Part shown: positions 32,131-38,711 of the stretch, piece by piece
Position numbering within the stretch: the stretch's first letter is position 1
Layout: each line of letters starts with the position of its first letter
Assembly (NCBI GenBank): GCA_043228905.1
Contig: JBHGNT010000293.1
Location: 1 to 38,711, forward strand
Origin: Azolla caroliniana
Lineage: Eukaryota; Plantae; Polypodiophyta
DNA length: 38,711 bases
Direction of reading: 5' to 3'
Program-made: the position numbers and the translations under genes
The notes under the pieces: generated by a model
Seen by the model: only the letters and a program-made list of their open reading frames with translations
The model's database searches: none
Told to the model about the DNA's origin: nothing

Positions 32131-35100
32131 ATGGCTGATCCAAGCTCCACAATTACCATTAATTCTAGGTAATGTTCCTTTCACCCTAATTAGGTTTTAT
32201 TTTCTCTAATATTATATGTATGTATAATGTGTGAGTTATCATATAATGTTAAGGGTTTTCACATCAAACCATAAGTAGGGTTATTATATATGTTTTTATT
32301 TATAACCCTAATATGGGTTAATCCTCTCTTTCCATGCCAATTTTTTAAGACTGATTAATATGTGTTTACGTAGAATTAATTTGTCCCAATTGTCATTCGT
32401 GATTAATCATATTCAATGCATGAGGATTGACAATTCTTTTTTCTTGAATTTGTCCCAATTGTCATTCATCATTCATCACATTCAATGCATTCTTTTTTCT
32501 TATAGAAAACTTGGGTGTAGGACATTATTGGCCTCTCTATGGAGGCATGTATATATGTATAATATGATTAAGATTTATTCTAGCAATTTGGGTTTATAAC
32601 TAGGGGTAAATTCACTAGTTGATATACCTCAACATATACTAAAAGAAAAAGAACTTAATTAGATTATTGAATGATATTTGGTTGCTCTTGATTATTTTGG
32701 ACATCCCTAGTGAATGGGTAGAAGAAGAAGTATATCGTTCCGACGAATTAGATCCTCAAGAAGATCTAGCGATTGCCAATATCAAGGAATCGAACCCTTT
32801 CGCATGCATATTCTCTTTAGTAAAGACATTGGTTGTCCATGGCAACATCAAACAATGTCCTGGTCACCTAGACTTGTCATCGTGTCGTCGGGACTTGTCG
32901 ACATTCGCCTTGTTTCGCCTCGCTTGGTCTCTTATACACATCAAAACAATGACTTACTTTTCAAGACGCCAACACCATGATCATGGTAAGCAAATCATTC
33001 ATAATTAGTGATCACGATTTTAATATACACGAAATTGTTCGGCCATTTCATGCATTTACCCAATAAAGTACTTGTGGGTTTGTATCACATATTAGATGGA
33101 GCAAAACCAACAACGCCACCGGTAATTTTTCAACAACTCAAATTAATGATGTCAGATGTAAAAAATGGTGTCGATAATATGAATCATTTGGATAACGAAG
33201 CTACGGCACAACGAATGGCAAAACTTTGCGTAATGGCATCGATGCTAGCATACGAGAATGAGAGTGTGGTTAAGAATGTGGTGACAACAACATGGAAGGT
33301 ATATGCTCTAAAAATGACATATGATCATTAAACACCTTGGGTAATAACAATCAAGCATTGCCTTTTGCAGATGAAGTTTGTGGAATTCTTCAATTCTTGG
33401 AATGGTAGTATATATTGGCCACCAATGATCAACTCATAAATATAAAGAGAAATGGATTCCAACTATTAATTCCCACGCCACACACAACATACACATACAC
33501 ATACACATACACATACTGTTAGAGTTATGGTCTAACATAAGCATATGATAAGGATAAAAGATATCAGAAATAAGAAAGGTGAGAGAGAAAGAAGGGTGCC
33601 GATCCACCCGACCACCCCCAAGCGAAGGGATCGAGACGGACTCGAGCCTCGATCGGCGTCCCATACCATCGTCGTGGCGTCTTGCAATGGAAAGTTAGTT
33701 CTAAGAGTATTTTCGCGTTCCCACGTGGCATCTTTGATAGATTTATCCCTCCATTTAATTTTAAATTCTCAGATTATTTTAGTACGCAGATTTTTTGTTT
33801 TAACATCGATAATTCTTTTCTGGTACATGTGGTCTCGTAGTATTCTATACACGTGGATAAGTGTAAGGGTTAAACGAGAGCGTAAAAAGGGGAGGATTAC
33901 TTTTAATCCTTGGGATTGAGACAACCCGTTAGGCCAAGTGTGAACTTGCCTGGGGGCCTTGGGTATCGCTATAAATATGAGGCCTAGCTACCCTCATTTC
34001 ATGATCTTTTGACTATGTCGAGACCCTGTTCTTCTAGTGGGTCAACTCTTATAGCGAGCGAGCCAGCACCAGGTACGACTCGACGCCACGGTGGTGCTAT
34101 GGGACATCGATCGAGGCTCCAGTCCGTCTCGATCCCTTCGCTCTGGGGTGGTCGGGTAGATCGACACCCTTCTTTCTCTCTCACCTTTCTTATTTCTTAT
34201 ATCTTTTATCCTTATCATGTGCTTACGTTAGACCATAACTCTAGCACATACACATCCATGCACATACACACACACACACACCCATACGCATACACATACA
34301 CATTTCACATACACCTCGTACATATACATGTCACCGAACATGTCATGCGTAGTCTAAATACTTTATTCTTGCTTCTAGAATATCTTCAAGACAATAGTAC
34401 CCAAGCTTTCATCTTTACTAACAAGGACCAAGATGCGGATATAGTAATTGTGGCATTTCGAGGTACCCAAATGTCAAGTTTGCAAGATTGGGCCACTGAC
34501 TTTGACTTCTCCTACTATAAGGTACCGGGACTAGGTCGAGTGCACATGGGTTTTCTTGAAGCTCTTGGGCTTGGTACTCGGTTAGACAAATCTACTCTAG
34601 AAAGGGCTAAAATTAATACTATACAAAAAGCAAACATGAATAGAAGTTATTATTATCCAACATCTGGTCTTGCAAAGGAGAAAACCAACGAGGGTAAAAA
34701 AGTTCTTGCATATGATGCAATCTCGATGTCACTCGAATCAATTCTTAGTGCAAATCCTAGGGCAAAACTCTATGTGACAGGGCATAGCTTAGGTGGCGCC
34801 TTAGCCACTCTTTTCATTGCATTTCGGTTGTTTGAGAACAATGGTGAGGATCCAAGACTTGGTGGTGTGTTCACATTTGGGCAACCTCGGGTTGGTGATG
34901 AAAGTTTCACAAACTACATGGAAGCCAAACTATCTCAAAATATAGGCCACAAGAGGAAGTACTTCAGAGTCGTGTTTAGGACAGATATCGTGCCTCGGCT
35001 TCCACAAGACGATTTCATTTTTCAATTCAAGCATATTAAGCCATGTCACTTCTACAAAAGCATCAACGAATCTGAGGTAAATGATTAATGTAATATTGTT

Positions 35101-35442
35101 GGCGATCATATTATGTGATTTGACATTATATGGGTCATACCCGAATATGAATATTATTCACTCCCATCATTTTACTACTTATTATAGGTTCTCCATGAAC
35201 AACCTTATAACAACATGATGTTGAATATCCTCCAACCTATGCCTCACCTAAGTGCAATGAAGGAGCTCTCACAAAGCCTCATTCAAAGGTTTCGTGGCAG
35301 TTTGTCAGATGAAACAAATGTCATCCCATTGTTGACACGGTTTCTTGCCGTTTTTGCACCAGCAGCAAGTGCACATTCTCTTGCTTACTACATTACTGTT
35401 ATTACAAATGCACCTTCTTCATTTCTTGGACAACCAATCTAA
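32131..35442 (+). CDS. Class 3 (Lipase_3) triacylglycerol lipase, oil-body lipase/OBL1-like; predicted exons 32131-32168, 32506-32544, 32711-32985, 33096-33298, 33371-33404, 34379-35076, 35188-35442 (513 aa)
   Basis: MASMLAYEN..VV...WK|MKFVEFFNSWNE|YLQDNSTQAF, VAFRGT, DWATDFD, GRVHMGFLEALG, VTGHSLGGALA (catalytic Ser), TFGQPRVGD, DIVPRLP (Asp), SAHS (His). All splice phases are consistent and the total is 1542 nt. Exons 4-7 are solid; exons 1-3 are less certain. Confidence 0.88.
33517..34246. mobile_element. 730-bp TG..CA element with 165-bp inverted arms in lipase intron 5 (solo-LTR-like foldback)
   Basis: Arms 33517-33681 and 34082-34246 are strongly complementary. Flanks are CATAC/CATAC within a (CATACA)n tract. 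Internal TATAAATA at 33970-33977. Confidence 0.85.
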
Positions 35443-35665
35443 CGAAACAAACTAGGTTCACTAAATACGCGAGATTTGGTAGTAATTTACTAATGTAATA
35501 GTACAAGATATTAAATTTATTCTTCTACCATGTAGTTATCGGGATTCAAATATTGAATAATACAAGATGTGAAATTTGTATTGATATTAAGCAAAAGAAG
35601 TAGACCATTTCTCATCCCTTTTTTCTTTCAATTTTGGTTCTCATTTACCCCATGATAATTCACAT

Positions 35666-35736
35666 AGTTTTCCATAAATATTTGACTCAATTTTCCATAA
35701 ATATTTGACTCAGTTTTCCATAAATATTTGACTCAG
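35666..35736. repeat. 23-bp tandem repeat x3
   Basis: A(G/A)TTTTCCATAAATATTTGACTC three times. Confidence 0.92.
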
Positions 35737-36509
35737 TACTCAATCAAGCACATTATACAACTTCGAAATAGACATGAAAGCCTTGCTTTAACTCAAAATT
35801 TATTGATTAGAGATTCTAGCCTCATTGACCTCATTTGGCCTCCTCCACTTCAATAAATTTTAACATTATTAGACCCAAACTCATTTGCGTCAAAATGATA
35901 ATAAAGCATAAGTTGAATCAATGTTATGTGGGCGTCACAATTTACAAATTTATAAATTGACATAATTCCTAATGAACTTCTAGAAGCCATGTTATCGTTT
36001 ACATGTGATTTAGCACTTATTATCTCATTATTTTGTCTAGGCATGAGTATTTCTATTATGAGTTAGGTTTTGGCTTCAAACATATGTTTCTAGATACAAC
36101 ATTGTCGAAGAACGACCTCATTGATTTTATAGGAGTTTAATCATGTTCATCTTTCGCAATTGTTTCTTACATTGTGTTAGCAAACTATGAGGCCCTAATT
36201 TTTATTCCAAAGTTTTTTTCCTCCATTTTGCCAAGACTTTTCCAATTATGTTGATGTTAATTCGAATATTAAACTCGAATCTCAAGTTTAATGCATGAAA
36301 GTTAGGTGATCGTATTTTTTTGAAATAAATATCGTACAAAACAAAATGGTGTGAACTTTCAAATAAAGCCTTTGTGAAGATTGCAACCTTTAACTTTTAA
36401 CTTTAAAAGTGGTTTTAACTTTTAACCTTTGTTAAATCTTTAGCATTGATTCCATGTTCTCGTAGGACTTAGTAGTTTTCACAAAGTGTGACCATTACCA
36501 AGCGACAAA

Positions 36510-36511
<2 letters not shown>

Positions 36512-36569
<58 letters not shown>
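36512..36569. repeat. (CT)n microsatellite
   Basis: Pure CT run of about 58 bp. Confidence 0.95.
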
Positions 36570-36577
<8 letters not shown>

Positions 36578-36654
36578 TCAGAAATTCAATGGCCAGCCCA
36601 ACACCAAGCATTACATGACATGGTACTCCACCACCAAGGCAATCAATGACCACA

Positions 36655-37280
36655 ATGGCGTCCCAATTAGTTCGCCTCGCCAAATAAATGGTATAAACTA
36701 CCACACTTGGAGAATAAAAATGGAGAGCTATCTCAAAAGACTAGATCTTTCAGATATCATAGAAGGCTAGGAAAAAGATCCCGAGGCAAATGATAGTTTC
36801 ACACATCATGCATGGAGAAAAAAGGAGCACAATCAAAGGTTATATTCAATATTGCAGACAAGCAACTTTACATCTCAAAAAATTAACAATCAACAATGTA
36901 ATGTGGGAATTTCTAAAGATGAAACACTCACATTTCGATCTACCAAAATGTGTAACTAATCTCTAACATTAAAAGAAAATGAAGGTGTGGAGACATTCCT
37001 CGACACGTGGAGGACACAATTGGATGAAGTTATATTCTTCGGAGTAAAACTCGACGACGAAGTCGAAGTCATGCTACTATGTGTCGCGCTTCCATCAACA
37101 TGGAGGCCATTCATCACCACTCAATCAACAATAACTTCTCAAACACAATATCAATTTCTCAGTCAAATCCATCAAGAAAACACTATGAGAACACACCAAG
37201 TGTCAACATCTCACCCTTCATCAATAACAATGGCAAAATCCAAAAACTCTCTTAACAACACTTGAATACCAAGACAAGAC
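36655..37280 (+). pseudogene. Decayed Ty1/copia gag remnant
   Basis: NGINYHTWRIKMESYLKRLDLSDIIEG and EGVETFLDTWRTQLDEV..GVKLDDEVEVMLLCVALPSTWRPF, with stops and frameshifts. Cut off at 37280 by a gypsy LTR. Confidence 0.82.
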
Positions 37281-38711
37281 TGTCATAAACATTGTGGTTG
37301 TGTGTGGCAACCGTTGGGGTTTCTGTGATTCGGGGACGATCGGTATGACAAGGCGTAATCGTGGACGGTGTCATGGTATGACGGCAAGAAAACAAGACAG
37401 ATGCAAAGTGGTCGAGAAAAGAAAATTAATTGATTGAAGGGCACTTCCAATATTTTTTTGTCAAAAGTTGTTTGGCAAGACTTGAACCTAGCTATAAACC
37501 ACTTTAACCTTTCTCTTTCTCTATTTATTTTCCTTTCCTTTGGCCATACTCAAACTTATCACCCCTTCTTGGGGAAAAGCATTTGAGATAAACCATTTGG
37601 ATGCTCCTCTTTTTCTTGCTTTCCTTTCTTTTCCTCAAGATTTTTTATTTTCTTTGCAAACTATACACTTCCTGCACACACCATCTTCTTGAGCGGCCTT
37701 CTTGACGGCACCTTTCTTCACCTTTACAAGATCCTATAGATCTTTGTTTACTTGGGCATATCCCCTTTGTTGCTCACTAAGCACCTTGGCCTCAAATCTT
37801 ATGGTGCATGATCATCGCCTTCACCCTCTTGATTTATATTGACCCATCCAATACCAATTGGACTTCTATCGAGAATTGCATAGATGTTCATCCCTTCTTT
37901 GTACACAATGTTCCTTAATGTCAGTGCCACAAGTAGCATCCCATTTAGTCTTTTCATTGCGGATTTGTGCACTTCTTCCCATTTGAACTTTCATCCCTTT
38001 CTTGAGTAACCCATATAAGGGCTTAGCTAAGTGAGCATAATGAGGTATCCAAATGTGGTAAACTGCACAAGCACTTAGGAAACATCTCACTTCCATCTAC
38101 CTTCATTGGGTAAAGTTTTATACACACACACACACACACACAATTCTATGGTTCTTCATTTTGACTCTATTTTATCTTTGGACCTCCCCCATCATGACAT
38201 CCACCCCCACCAAACCCCCACATCCTTTAGTATGTGCCAAGAATGGCACGAGCGAAAATAGTCAACCTTTGTCTCCATTGCTTCTCAATCCTGATTGTCT
38301 TCATCTTCGTCTTGCTCAATTCTTGATCCTTGTATGATGTCTTCTTCCTCTTCCTTCATTCCATATCCTCTTTCATTTTCTTCTTTGTCTTTCTTAGGGC
38401 AATTAAATGTCTAGATCATAAGTGTCCTAGGTCTTTCTCAAGGCCATCAAAGTTCTAGGTCTTCCGCTTCTTGGAGATCTTCACCTTTTTTCTTGCTATC
38501 AATATTGTTAGTCTCATTCCATTAAGTTCAATGAGGTGGTAGGTGGTGTTGATCATCATGTACGGCTCACCATTGCCTTACTAACTTCCTCATCGAGCTA
38601 TGTTGATTGTCGAGGTTGTGCCATACATGATCATAGAGTTTGCCCCTTTGATCTTTCTCGATTAGAGTCTGAATGTATCTTGTTGAATCTCCCCTTGTTC
38701 TTGACCCTCGC
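37281..38711 (-). mobile_element. 3' end of a decayed Ty3/gypsy element: integrase C-terminus, PPT, putative 3' LTR (37281-38199)
   Basis: Minus strand LDNQHSSMRKLVRQW..PY..NTTYHLIELNGMRLTILIARKKVKI (~38440-38650), G-rich PPT at 38200-38208, then TGTCATGA...TTATGACA. Confidence 0.7.
37730..38096 (-). pseudogene. Gypsy RT-connection / RNase H fragment
   Basis: EVRCFLSACAVYHIWIPHYAHLAKPLYGLLKKG, FKWEE, IYAILDRSPIGIGWV, AKVLSEQQRGYAQV across frameshifts. Confidence 0.82.

Noticed and set aside
32378-32490. ~44-bp direct repeat in lipase intron 1
   Set aside because: Ordinary small local duplication with no sign of function.
34009-35088. 359-aa ORF as the complete lipase gene
   Set aside because: The first ~123 codons are intron/TE sequence, conserved upstream exons splice in phase at 34379, and the catalytic His is in the next exon. 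Kept only as a hypothetical isoform.

Overview
Eukaryotic, land-plant nuclear DNA. The decayed PLS-type PPR repeats, a Tcn1/Tf1-like chromovirus and the L1 style suggest a fern or other seed-free plant (inference). The window is mostly nested transposons around one host gene. In order: a decayed Ty1/copia 5' part (1-3291, -); a PPR pseudogene (~3300-6430, -) hit by two hAT-type MITEs; a near-perfect 274-bp Mutator-type foldback (9151-9424); a third hAT MITE (9966-16249) split by an intact, very young Ty3/gypsy chromovirus (10290-16093, -); a full-length young Ty1/copia (16919-22478, +) with one frameshift; a 5'-truncated L1 LINE (24296-28528) and a tiny LINE 3' end (28881-29139); a 7-exon class-3 lipase gene (32131-35442, +) whose intron 5 holds a TG..CA element with 165-bp inverted arms; and a decayed copia gag cut by a gypsy 3' LTR that contains an RT/RNase H fragment. 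The most interesting signals are in the chromovirus (a tRNA-independent self-priming PBS, a -1 frameshift cassette, and a tRNA-like A-box/B-box at the LTR edge) and in the lipase intron element. All calls are by eye; no searches were run.
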